From Ministeria vibrans ATCC 50519 (taxonomy: Eukaryota; Protista; Filasterea): DNA of 64,000 bases. A model generated the notes under the pieces. That model was not told the DNA's origin. It worked only from the letters and a program-made list of their open reading frames with translations, and searched no databases. Of this stretch, positions 1 through 12,640 are shown one piece after another (positions within the stretch are counted from its first letter, which is position 1; each line of letters begins with the position of its first letter). Location of the stretch: contig CALSCP010000313.1 of the NCBI GenBank assembly GCA_943704425.1, positions 232,713-296,712 on the forward strand, read 5' to 3'. The translations under genes were made by a program, and so were the position numbers.

Positions 1-1381
1 CTTCGAGGGCTTCGCGCGACGCAGTGAGTTGCTCGAGTCGCTCGTGGAGGGCACGATTACCCTCTTCGGAGAGTCGTTCGGACTCGTGCAGAGCCGCCAT
101 AAGCCGGCGCTTGTCAGCAGACGCACGAGAAAGCGCCGCTTCCAGATCCGCCACACGTACGCCTGCATCGTCGCTGGGCCGCTCTCGACGGAGCTCCGCC
201 ACGGCCGAGTCGGCGCGCGCCGTTTCGCGTCGAAGTTGTGCCATGGCGTCGTCACGTTCTTGCGTCACAAGCTGCACAGCTGACGACAAGTTGGTCAACG
301 GGATCGCTTCGCCGCTACGCTGTGTCTGCGAGACTCGTTCGTGGGCACGGGCGAGGCCGGCACGAGCCGCACGACATTCCATTTCGGCTGCGCGTGCACG
401 CTTCTCCATGTCAAAGGAGTCGGCGAGAGCGCTGTCAGCCACATGACGCGCCTGCAGCGTTTCGTCGCGTGCCCCCGCGAGCATGGTAAGGGCCTCTTGC
501 AGTGCAACGGCATTTTGTGCGACTACCGCCTCGAGCTGTGCCACACGCTCTGCAGCGACAACAACGGCGGCCGGACCCATTGCGTCCTCCTCACGCACGC
601 AATAGATCTGACGGAGCGCCTCGTCGGCCTGACGAGACGCCTGTGCACTCGCTCGCATCTGTCGAGCACTGGCATCTTCGCGAAGGCGTGCAGCAACAAG
701 TGCCGCACGCATCTCCTCGACTTGGTCGATGTGGTGTGCGGTTGCTGCACAGTACGCCTCGTGCTTGTCGCGCAGGCGAGCAAACGCGAGTTCGGTCTCC
801 TCAAGCGACCGCTGAGCCACAGCCGCGCGGTGTTCCGCCTCGACACGTTGCTTGCATTCCTGCTCCAGCTTCTCGTTTGCCGCGGCCACTTGGTCGCGCA
901 ACGACTGCGTCGAGCGCCGCAAGAAAATCAGCTCATCGGCGGCGCGTGTTTTGAATTGCTGCAGTTCGTCAAGACGCTGACGCAGCTGCGGATCGCCCGG
1001 CGCAGTGGCTGCACGTGGGTGTGCGGTCGACGTTGGCGGCAGGGGCTCGGCCGTGGCGACGGGGCGCGCGTCCTCCTGACTGTCCTGGTTGGCGCTGCTT
1101 GTGGGGTCGACAAAATGTGTTGTCAACTCGCCGCATTCGACTTCAAAGGCGTCCTCGTCGAAATTGAACACATCCGGATTTGTCATCGTCCTGCTTCCAA
1201 CCGCATCGGCTTCGTCGCGGCGCTCGGCGCTTCGTGGACGCGATGGAATCGTCGAAATGAATGGCACTGCGTCGCGACGCAGCTCCTCATACTGCCTCTC
1301 AGTTGCCGCATGCGCCATCTTCTCCTGGGCAAGCTCCCCTAGCAACTGGGCCACTTTCCCTTGGAGTTCCTCCACAGACAT
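1..1381 (-). CDS. Coiled-coil protein of unknown family (3' end runs off the window)
   Basis: ATG at 1381 after an AT-rich promoter. The frame reads MSVEELQGKVAQLLGELAQEKMAHAATERQYEELRR... and then E/Q/R/A-rich heptads (LRQRLDELQQFK, LRDQVAAANEKLEQE). It is absent from the ORF track, consistent with having no stop inside the window. Confidence 0.75.
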   Translation of the reverse strand, partial: MSVEELQGKVAQLLGELAQEKMAHAATERQYEELRRDAVPFISTIPSRPRSAERRDEADAVGSRTMTNPDVFNFDEDAFEVECGELTTHFVDPTSSANQDSQEDARPVATAEPLPPTSTAHPRAATAPGDPQLRQRLDELQQFKTRAADELIFLRRSTQSLRDQVAAANEKLEQECKQRVEAEHRAAVAQRSLEETELAFARLRDKHEAYCAATAHHIDQVEEMRAALVAARLREDASARQMRASAQASRQADEALRQIYCVREEDAMGPAAVVVAAERVAQLEAVVAQNAVALQEALTMLAGARDETLQARHVADSALADSFDMEKRARAAEMECRAARAGLARAHERVSQTQRSGEAIPLTNLSSAVQLVTQERDDAMAQLRRETARADSAVAELRRERPSDDAGVRVADLEAALSRASADKRRLMAALHESERLSEEGNRALHERLEQLTASREALE

Positions 1382-1628
1382 TTTCAAAAAAAAAATTCAA
1401 AAAAAAATTAAAAAATCGAAAATCAAATGAGTTCCAAGTTTTAAAAAAAATTTAAATAAATAAATAATTAATAGTTTTTTTTAATCTCATTTAAAAGTAG
1501 TTTGTAAACATGGGCAAGGACGTCGAAAAGAANNNNNNNNATCAAATGAGTTCCAAGTTTTAAAAAAAATTTAAATAAATAAATAATTAATAGTTTTTTT
1601 TAATCTCATTTAAAAGTAGTTTGTAAAC

Positions 1629-3041
1629 ATGGGCAAGGACGTCGAAAAGAAGGAGAAGAAGGAGAAGAAGAAGACGGTAAGATAAAACAAGCCAGTAAAA
1701 AAAATGCATCTACAAGCGCTGGTCAGCCGCTCCTGCCCATCCCAGCGGTCGCTTGTGCACGTGCCTCTGCGGGTTGTGCCACGCGCGCACGCACACGCCC
1801 CGTCGCAGGCCTGGCGCGCCTGGGGTTGTCCGTTTCCGTCTCGTCGTTCGTTTCGCGCCCAAAGCGACATTTTCAGTCGTGTCGCATTTCTCGTTCGCAT
1901 CGCACCGACGTCGCCCCTCCCTGTACCATGTCTATTTGTTTTGGACTGTACGCCTGTCCACCGCGCATGCTGGGTCTGATAATTGGCCAATGAGGGAAAA
2001 AACGTTTTGTGTTTTCTTTTTTTTTTCGCAACCCTGGAAAAAAGCGTGTCTGCTGCGCCGCATGTCTCCAATCGGCCTGTCCTCTGCTTGTGAAGGTGCC
2101 TGTGCGCCGGTGCCATGCTCTGCGCGCCGTTGCGATGTGCGATGCGGATGTTTTCAATGTCATTCTCGATTGTTTTGCTATCGAAAGAACACAAGGAAAA
2201 AAAAAACGGTTGTGCTGTTTTTCGTAAGATGAAGAATCGCTCGTGTTTCGCAATGTTACAGCCATCGCTGGACACGGGCCTCGGCAGGCCCACTCGAAGA
2301 TTGACCACACGCCGCATACTACCGTGCCTGTCATGGCGTTGCACGCGCGCTGGGCGCGACACGACGACATTCAGTGCGTTTCTCAAACTGTCGTTTTTGC
2401 CCTTGGACGCCCCTCGCGCACTCCCGCTTGCTGTTGCTCGCCCCCGCCTGCTCCACTGCATAGTGAATGCTCCGGCGCACACTCGTCAGCCCCGCACGTC
2501 TGTGTGTGTGTGTGAGTGAGTGAGTGTGTGTGTGTGAGTGAGTGAGTGAGTGAGTGAGTGTGTGTGTGTGTTGTTGTTGGTGTTGCTTCTTCCTGTGCAT
2601 GTGTCTTCCGCCGACCCACCCTCGCCATATTCAACTTCCACGCTCTGTGAACCAATCGTCTTGGGGACACTCTTCCTCGACGTCTTCCTTTTTTTCTTTT
2701 CTTTTTTTTTTCGTTTATTTTTCTTGTTGAACAGAAACAACTTGGATTAGTGTCACCCAACTAAATTAATTGTTGTTGTCGTCTTCTGCAGAGCAAGTCT
2801 GACGGCGGTGTTGCCAAGGAAAAGCGCGCTCCCTCAGCGTACAACATCTACATGAAGGCCAAGCTGGCCGAGGCCAAGGAGGCGCACCCTGTAAGCGGCA
2901 ACGGGAGAACGACCGCACACTGTGTGTGTCGCAAAACTGAGACGATTGTGATTGCTGTAGGACTTGGAGCACAAGGAGCGTTTCAAGAAGGTCGCCGAGT
3001 CGTGGAAGGACGCGCCCGAGAACCCCAAGAACAAAAAGTGA
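1629..3041 (+). CDS. Small basic YABBY/HMG-box-like DNA-binding protein (3 exons: 1629-1676, 2792-2890, 2961-3041)
   Basis: GT-AG joins give [75 protein letters not shown]. The R-x-P-S-A-Y-N...HKERF...W...PENP pattern is typical of YABBY-type HMG boxes in fungi and protists. Confidence 0.85.
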
Positions 3042-3208
3042 TCTCTCTCAACTCAATACAGTCTTCTTTGTGCGTGAATCGATTCCGCCAACAAATATCT
3101 CATTCAGTTTTGGAATAATCGTCTTGACTCAATGACTCTTGACTGACTATTTTTTTTTTAATCCTTAAGCGTCGTCGTTAGTCGTCGGCGGTCGTTGGGG
3201 TTGTCATC

Positions 3209-6200
3209 ATGTCGAAGGCTACCTTCGCAATTGATCGTGGTGGCACATTCACAGACATTGTTGCGTTGGTTCCGCCCAGCCGTGTGGAGACGCTCAAACT
3301 GTTGTCTGTTGCACCCGAGTATGACGATGCTCCCACAGAGGGCATCCGGCGCCTTCTCTTCACGGTACACACTCCTTTGTTTTCCATTCCCTCTGCGAAA
3401 CAACTTTTTGTAGTTGTTTCAAATCGACGTTGCTCGCGGGACACCGCTGCCCACCGACATGATTGAAGAGATCCGAATGGGCACGACAGTCGCGACGAAT
3501 GCCTTGTTGGAGCGACAGGGCGAGCCAATGGCGTTCGTCGTGTCCAAGGGGTTCCGCGACATCTTGCACATTGGCACACAGGCACGTCCCGCCATCTTCG
3601 ACCTGCGCGTCGCCTGTCCCGACGTCCTGTACGAGCGCGTCATCGAAGTGGACGAGCGCGTGACGCTGCTGGCCCGTGACGAACGCACACCCTTGTCTGC
3701 GGCCGACACCGTCCAAGGGCTCACTGGTGAACTGCTGCGCGTCGAGCGCTCAATCGGCGCGTGCGAGGCGTCGCTCCGAGAGGACCTTCAGCTTGCCTAT
3801 ACGAGCGGTATTCGATCCATTGCTGTTGCCTTTGTCCACTCCTACACATTTCCCGACCACGAACGCCATGTCGAGCGCATTGCCCGCGACATTGGCTTCA
3901 CACAAGTGTCGCTGTCGTCGGCACTTATGCCCATGGTGAAAATCGTCCCTCGAGGCTACACCGCGTGCGCCGACGCTTACCTCACCCCTTGCCTTGTACG
4001 CTACATCAACGGGTTTCTTGAAGGCTTCGATAGTCCCGCATCGCTCCGTGTCTCCTTCATGCAGAGCGACGGGGGCCTCACTTCCGTCGACAGCTTCAGT
4101 GGCTCCCGTGCCATTCTGTCGGGACCCGCCGGTGGCGTCGTTGGCTTTGCCCAGACCACCATGACAACAACAACAACAACAGCAACGACATCATCATCAT
4201 CATCATTTCCAGTATCAGTATCAACTGGACAGGCGGCGGCAGATACTGCAGATGGAGGGGTAGCAGGGAATGGCCTCTTGCTTGGCTCGCAGCGTCGCTG
4301 TGTTCGACCCCAACAGGGAATTATTGGATTTGACATGGGTGGTACGAGTACCGATGTGTCTCGCTTTGACCCTTCCTTGTCGTCAGTGGGTGCCGCCCAG
4401 CAGTACGAGCACGAGTTCGAGTCGGTGACGGCTGGGGTGACCATCCAAGCGCCACAGCTGGCCATCCGCACTGTTGCCGCTGGCGGAGGGTCCCGTCTGT
4501 ACATCCGCTCTGGCGCATTTGCGGTTGGTCCTGGCAGTGCGGGTGCCTTTCCAGGACCCGCTTGCTACCGTCGAAATGGACCCGCGACCGTCACCGACGC
4601 GAATGTGGTGCTCGGACGTGTCCGTCCCGAGTTCTTTCCCTCGTGCTTTGGCCCCAACGAATGCGAGCCCATCGACGCGACCGCCGCCCACGCTGCGCTG
4701 GCGGAGCTCACGCGCGAAATCAATGCACACGAGAGCACACAAGGACGTCTGTGGACTGTGCCCGAGGTTGCCTTGGGCTTTGTGCGCGTTGCAAACGAGG
4801 CCATGAGCCGTCCCATTCGCTCGCTCACCCAGTCCAAGGGCCACGACTCGTCAACTCACATCCTTGCATGTTTTGGTGGCGCCGGTGGTCAGCATGCATG
4901 TGCCGTTGCGCGTGTACTTGGCATGCGCCGCGTCTTCATACATCGACACTCGGGGCTGCTCAGTGCCGTGGGCCTGGCCCTGGCCGACATTGCCGTGGAC
5001 ATGCAAGAACCGTGTGCTGCTGTGCGCTTGAGCGACGATGAGCCCGCTGCGCGTGACACTTTTGTACGGCTTGCGCAGCTTGTAGAGCGCGCACGCGCGC
5101 AACTCGCTCACAAGGTTGGGGTGCAACTGGATGCCGTTGACACGACCACGTCGGTCTTTCTCAATCTGCGCTACGCGCGCACCGACGTGGCCCTCATGGT
5201 CATGCATCCTGCGTGCATCATTCCTCTTGGCGACCGTCCCACCCAAGCGCTGATTGAAACGTTCCGTAGCGAGTTTCTGCACGAGTACGCGCGCGAGCAT
5301 GGCTTTACATGTGCCAACCGTGACATTCTCATTGACGATATTCGCGTGCGTGTCACCGGGGGTGCACGTGCGGACATGTTGTTGCACAACAGGTCGGATG
5401 TTCACAGCTCAAGTGCCACCCTGACGCTCAGCGCTCCCTCGGTGCGAGAGCCTCTTGATCCCGTGCCCATCTACTTTGCCGAGCATTCCGCGCCCGTCAT
5501 GACGCCCGTTTACACACTCTCGGAACTATCGAGGAGCAACTGCATTGTCGGTCCGGCGCTGCTTATCGACACTAACGCGACGGTCGTTGTCGAGCCCGAC
5601 TGCACTGTCATTGTGCTTCCCAATGGCGACCTGGAGATTCTACTGGGCGACGGAGCGCCTGTCGCCCTAAGTACGCAGCTCGATGCAGTACAACTCTCTG
5701 TCTTTGGCCACCGGTTCATGAGCATTGCCGAGCAGGCCGGGCGTCAGATGCAACGCACCAGCATCAGCACAAACATCAAAGAGCGCCTTGACTTTTCGCT
5801 GGCCATCTTCGGTCCGGACGGTGCGCTTGTCGCCAACGCCCCACACATTCCCGTTCACCTGGGCGCCATGCAGGAGGCAGTGCGCTTCCAGATCCGTCAT
5901 GTCGGCATTGCCGCCATGGCCGACGGCGATGTCTTTGTCTCAAACCATCCCTGCGCTGGCGGCTCTCACCTTCCCGACATCACCGGTACCAAAAACTCAT
6001 TCTTATTCATATTATTATTATCAGTGTTAATAATATTATTTTTCGTTTCTAGTCATTACGCCGGTGTTTGCAGACTCCCCCAAACCCGTGTTCTTTGTGG
6101 CGGCGCGTGGACACCACGCAGACATTGGCGGGAGCACGCCGGGCAGTATGCCACCGCACTCCAAGTCGTTGCTTGAGGAAGGGGCGCGCATCACGTCGTT

Positions 6201-7605
6201 TCGCTTGGTGCGAGCAGGTCATTTTGATGAGGAAGGAATCACACGGCTGTTGGTGGAGCAGCCTGCCCGCGTACCTGGCTGCACGGGGACGCGGGCACTG
6301 CGTGACAACATTGCCGACCTTCATGCCGCAATTAGTGCGTGTCACAAGGGCATTACGCTAGTGAATGAGCTTGTCAAGCAGTACACCCTGCAAGTGGTCC
6401 ACGCGTACATGGAGCACATCCAAGCCAACGCTGAGTGTGCCGTTCGCGATCTGTTGCGCTCTGTGGTTGCCGCGCGTCGTCGTCGTTTTCCAAGTGCGTC
6501 TGCTGTTGAGTGCGCGACACTGCGTGCAGCCGATTGTATGGACGACGGTACGCCTATTTGCGTGACCATTACAATTGATGCAGACAGCGGCAGTGCGCAC
6601 TTTGACTTTTCGGGCACGGGACCCGAGGTGCTTGGCAACTGCAATGCGCCACCAGCCGTCACGTACAGCGCAGTCATCTATGCGCTGCGATGCATGGTGG
6701 GCCACGACATTCCGCTCAACCAGGGCTGTCTTCATCCCATTCGCTTTACCATTCCTCCTCACACCATTCTGAATCCACGCCGCAGCGCCGCCGTTGTCGG
6801 TGGCAATGTTCTCACGTCGCAACGTGTTGTCGACGTAGTGTTGCGTGCCTTCAACGCGTGTGCCGCTGCGCAGGGTTGCATGAACAACCTCACTTTTGGC
6901 GATGCTTCGTTTGGGTACTACGAGACCATTGCTGGCGGAGCAGGCGCCGGTGACGGCTGGCATGGTCGGAGCGGTGTTCACACACACATGACGTACGTCG
7001 AGCCAGACGACAAGCTTTTTTTTTCTTTTTTTTTTCTTCTTCTCCTCCTCCCCACTATTGCCACTACTAGCACGACTACGGTTGCTACGACCTCGAATTA
7101 ATATTGGTTGACTTTTTTATTATTGTACTCCTGTAGAAACACTCGCATTACGGACATTGAGATCATGGAGAGACGGTATCCGGTCATTATGCGTGCGTTT
7201 CATCTGCGCGACGGGTCTGGGGGCACCGGTAGGTTTCGTGGAGGCGACGGGGTTGTACGTGAGCTTGAATTCACCCGCAACAACATCACTGTGTCGGTCC
7301 TGAGCGAGCGGCGTGTGGTTGCTCCGTTCGGTCTCGAGGGTGGCGGCTCGGGCGCATGTGGTCTCAATCTTGTCCAAATGGCGCCGATGCCGCCTGTGTC
7401 GACGTCCAGTGATCACAATGGCGAGGAAAACTGGGGCGAGGTACCACAAGATGGAGCCTTGAGCGTCGAAGGGAGTGACGATACTCCTATGTGGATCAAC
7501 GTTGGAGCCAAGTGTCAGCTAAATGTGACGAGTGGCAGTCGGCTACGACTGCTGACACCTGGTGGCGGGGCGTATGGTGCAATAGGGGCACAGTCACTGA
7601 AGTAA
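3209..7605 (+). CDS. OPLAH: 5-oxoprolinase (ATP-hydrolysing), hydantoinase A+B fusion; 4 exons (~3209-3364, 3414-5985, 6053-6992, 7137-7605)
   Basis: Motifs [110 protein letters not shown]. The introns keep the reading frame. Confidence 0.97.
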
Positions 7606-7739
7606 AGTTGAGATGGACGAGAACACTGTGTGTGTGTGAAACAATTAAATGTATACTGCACAAGAATAAAATAATTATGACTAATAATAATAATATTATA
7701 CATATTATTATATATTTTTTTGCAATTTTGAGACAATAA

Positions 7740-8075
<336 letters not shown>

Positions 8076-8175
8076 ATCAACTCTATCTTCCTTTCATTAA
8101 CGCATTATTGACAGCGCTCAATTACAAATGCTCTTCATTAAACTTGAACCCCCTCCTTGATTTAGTAGTAAAGAA

Positions 8176-11100
8176 TCATGTGTGTCGACGAATAGTTCCG
8201 ATCAACTCGAGTGGCTTGTCAAGAGGAAAGCGGTGCGCTTTGGCAGGTGACGCGTCAAGGCGCGAGGGAAGAGTGTTGCTTTCGACGGCAGCCACTCCGT
8301 CGCCCAGCAAGAGAGTCACATGGGCGTAGTCATTAGAGATGGGCAGAGTGACGTCGTCGAGGATGACGTGTGCGGCGACGATGGGGTGTTCGTGGTCCAG
8401 CGACACGTCAATGGAGCGCACGTAGATCCGCGTGGACTCGGCACGACGACACATGTCCAGGAGACTCTCTGGCAGTGCTTCACCCTTGGCCCGATGCCAC
8501 AGCGTGACGTGAGATGCAGAAACGGGCACGCGAAGCGCACCGGCCTTGTCCTTGCCCTTGGTCATGCGAGAGTTGAGGGCCGGCGAGAGGTGACAGGCAA
8601 GCGCAATGAGGCTATCGCGTGACGAAGGCTCGGGCAAATCAATTGAGACGTACAGGGTGGAGGTGGAGTCGAGGGCTTCGATGATACTCTGCCGGTCGGG
8701 CGGACGTGCAACAGCGTCCAGAATGTGTTCGCGCAATGCGTTCACGGGGTCTGATAACGGTCGCTGGAGGGACTCGAGAAGCGGCTGACAGGAGGCAAGA
8801 GCACCGCGCACTTGTTGCTCCCACTCCTTCGACAGCACCTTTTCCGCATCCATTTTGGGTTGGTCCTGGAACTGCATCATTCCCTGGCGCAGCAACGCAA
8901 CCAGGGCACGACCATGCTCTAACTCGCGCAGGACGGGACGATGGTGAGCAAGCACGGGCACGGTGTACACGCGAGAGAACTGGCGGCCCAGAGTGTCCAA
9001 AAAGCTCGCGCGCGAAATACCTCGGTAAAAGGAAAGGAACAGGGCAAATACTCGAGCAGCAGCGCGATTGCTTCCGTCAAGGGCACCATCGTGATTCTTG
9101 CGCGAGAGCACACGGTGGAGACACACACAGGCGAGTTCCCAAGAGAAGGGCAGGCGAGAGTCGGGTGTGTCACTCGTGTCGTCATCGAGCTGTCCCGTGG
9201 TCTCCGGCACAACTACAATGGCTGTTTGATCGGCATCCGTGAGGTTCTTCACAATTTTTTCGATGTTGCCCGGAGGTGATGGAACGACGTTTTTATCCGC
9301 CACGATCACTCGGGTAGTCTGCTCTCCCTCGTACGTGGCATTCTCCTCCGACACCACTTGTGCCCAGAACCGATTCTTTAGCTGGTCACCATGAAGCACG
9401 GTAACAATCGCACGGCGGGACGACGACTTGAGAGTCGCAACGGAGCTGGTGGCGCTTCCGGTGCGCTCCTCTTGCTCCGCATCGTTGTTGTTTGCTGGGC
9501 ACGCACAGACAAGTTCCTTTGGCAGTGCGTTGGTCCACGAAGACTTGCCAAGACCGGGAAGCGAGCTAGCCATCACAAAGGTGAGGGTAAGATCAGGCGT
9601 GGGCAAAGGCTCGCCCTGACGAGGCCACTTGGCAAACAGTACACTGTCCACAAACGTATTCTGCTCGTTCTCTGACCAGCCGTGTGCGTCGTTGGGCACC
9701 TGCACAATAGGCTGCGTCAGCGAGTGTGCAATGGCTGTCGCCGAGCGGTACATGCCGCGGTACACCTCGCCTGCGTTTGTGAGCGCGGGTCCCGCCACGA
9801 GAGCAAAGAGGTGAGAGCCCGCAGAAGCAGCAAAGACTTTGTCTACGCGCACAGCAGGTTCGTCGGGAGGAGGCGGCGAGCGGAACACGGCACCTTCAGC
9901 TACCATTTGGCGTTGGAACTTAACGCGATGGTTGGGCAACAATGCAGGACGGTAGCGCAAATCGAGGCGCTGACAAATTCGCTCGAGTAAAGACTTTGGC
10001 ACATCCCCAACGGCGTAGATGATACCTTGGAAGGCATTGGGAGCGCGAGGGATGAAGCGCAGTGCTCCCGACAGATAACCTGCAATATACTCCTCAGCAA
10101 GCTCCAAGTAATGCTCGCGGTCTCTCTGAAGCTGTGCAAGACGCGCGGGAACAGCGTGCAGGTAGGCAACCCAGCCGCGAGCAAAGGCGTCAATGCGAGC
10201 ACGCAGTTCGTCGTGACGATCGGCAAAGGCGCCTCGCTGCGGATCGAAGGCGGGCAAGGGCTTGCCCCACCACACGTTGAGCTTGTTGGCGACGGCCTTG
10301 AGATAGACCCTGCCTGACGGGTCGGCGGGGTCCAGTTTGACCTTCTCGTTTCGCATGAGAAAGGTAAGAATGCAATAGCCAACGTTGGTGTCGGATAGGC
10401 CCGACATCTTCATCTTCATGCGCACCGATTCGGGCAGCGTCGCGTGGCCCGCCAAATGCTCAAAGAGCTCAATGGCCACCTTTGTATCGTGCACCGAGGT
10501 GCGTGCACCGTGAGCCATAGGAAGAGCGCAGGTGCGATCAAAAGCAGCATGGAGTGGGGAGGAGGGGGGCACTGTCGCGAGAAAGTCGCGAACACCATCA
10601 AGACCCGAGCGTTCAAGTTCGGCACGTGAGAGCATTGCGCCTCCTTCGGCGTCCATCTGATGGCAAATTGGCATTGCCTCGAGTCGAGCAAGGTTTTCAC
10701 GCGAGTTCGTTACGGCGCCAACGTGGTGTGCCGGCGGCATATGACAATCTTCCGTGAGGTGGTGCACGCGCTCAAAGAGCGCCTCGCGGTGTACCTTGAC
10801 CTGGTCACTGTGGACGGCAGGCGGGAATTCACGGTTGGCCACAGGGACGCGCTCCGTGTCTAAGTGACGTAAAAGCATGTCGGAGAAAGGACGCACAAGC
10901 TCAGGATGGGTGTGCAAATGAAGCACATTGGCGTGCGCTGTGACGGCGAGTGCACGCGACGCATCCAACTCGTCAGAAGTCAGATTCGACTGGGACACAA
11001 CAAACCCTTCAATACGGGACCCTTGCCACTCATCGTGGGGGTATGTTCCACTACGGCACAGTGAATAAGACGTGTGAATATATTAGGTATGTCACAAATG

Positions 11101-12572
11101 TTGGGTAGGGGGTGGGTACGGGATGACGATGGCGCCTGGAGATTCTTGGACAGCGTGAGTGAGCTGGGCGAGTGCGTCGTGAGTGGTTGGAGCGGAGAGG
11201 ATGAGGTTGTCCAAAAGGGTCTTGACTCGCTGGGCACTCTCGCGTCCCGGCACGATCCACCTGAAAGGGTATAAAGAAAATGGTGCGAGAGTGTGTTGGT
11301 GTTGCTGAGAGAGTTTGACTGATAAATGGCTCACATGTCGTTGATGGGTAATTTCCAGCGCAGGGCAAAGTCTTGGAGGGCCAGTGGTGAGGCAAACTCG
11401 ACGGAAGCGCCAGGGGCACTTGAAAAACGCTGTAGCGCAGTCACGACAAAGTACTCGCCGTTAGGCAGCTGTCCATCTGCACATTATCGTTCTGAGTATA
11501 CATCTGATAATACTCTACTGAGGCCCCATGTACGTACGATGACCGTGGCAGCGTGATACCATTTCCACGCCGATGCTGCTTCGGGTTCGAGCAAGTTCGT
11601 CGAGCAAATCCGCCACACGACCCTTGGCGAGTTTTACCCGTCGCTGGTGTGACAGCGGCTCGTCCTGGATACCCAAAGAAGTGTAATTAGTGTGTAAAGA
11701 AGAAAAAAAAAGTGAGAGGAGGGATAAAACTCCAAAGAGATAGAGAGAGAAACAAAGTCATAAAGAAAAATAGAGAGAGAAACAAAGAAGAGAGAGAGAG
11801 AGAGAGAGAAACAAAGTGATAGAGAGAGAAACAAAGAGAGAGGAGAAAGAAAGAACCAAAGTGACAGAGAGAGGAGAAAGAAACAAAGAAACAAAGTGAC
11901 AGAGAGATGGAGAGAGATGGAGAGCAATGGGCGTGTACCGACTCTGCTTGCACAATGCGCTCGTAGTGAGCGAGCAGCAAGAGGCGCATGCCGAGGGTGA
12001 ACTCGTTGTTGAGCGAATTCTTGGCGCAAATGACGTCGCCACTGACGAGCAAGAGCGAGCCTGAGTGTTTGATGGAGATGGACATGGGCTTGCCGTGCGT
12101 CGGGGCCCCGCCTGGAGGGAGTGCGGATGAAAAGCGGAGTTGAGGGTTGAGTCAATCATGATGAGCAATCGGCGTACCTTCCGGCTGCTCAGGCGCCGCT
12201 TCGTCGACAATGCGCTGCGCAATCTGCACGGACTGGCCCTCGTTCTCAAACTTTGGGTAGAAGGCTAGAAGGGTGTGCGCTCGGTCGATGGAGTCGCGCG
12301 AGGCAGCGTAGTCGATGGCGAAGAAGAAGCCACGGTAGAGAAAGGTGTCGAAGGGGGAGACGTGCCTACGAAGGGAGCGGGGCTGAGTGCAGGGGCGCAC
12401 GGGGGCAGGGGGCGTACTGCGCGTATTTCTTGAAGGAGTGGTCGTGGAGGACGTGGACGCAGATGCCGACGGACGAGGGAGAGAGGGCAAACGATGGAAA
12501 TGTAATTTTCAGTTCAAGCTGTCGCGCCAGAACCACCATATTCTGGAGGCGCAGCGTTTCGAAAAGAGACAT
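8176..12572 (-). CDS. TRL1: Plant-type trifunctional tRNA ligase (ligase - polynucleotide kinase - cyclic phosphodiesterase), about 7 exons
   Basis: Spliced motifs: FYPKFENE, motif I SIKHSGS with AKNS, EMVSRCHGHHGQLP..EYFVVTA, RWKLPINDMW, motif IV QGSRIEGFVV. Kinase P-loop SLPGLGKS and ADKN. Two 2H-phosphoesterase HVTL motifs at the C-terminus. Confidence 0.9.
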
Positions 12573-12640
12573 TGTGCTCGAGTCGTAGGGATGAAGAAAA
12601 ATAAAAAACTAATTAATTATTAATTAAGTAATCATAATTT

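Noticed and set aside
341-1342. 333-aa plus-strand ORF, and many other antisense ORFs over GC-rich exons
   Set aside because: Shadow ORFs of real genes on the opposite strand; no motifs
1422-1651. Exact ~110-bp direct repeat including the HMG-gene start codon
   Set aside because: Identical copies flank an 8-N gap, so this is an unmerged contig overlap rather than a real duplication
4153-4320. Low-complexity Thr/Ser insert in oxoprolinase as a possible intein or intron
   Set aside because: In frame, microsatellite-derived, in a variable loop, and without intein terminal residues
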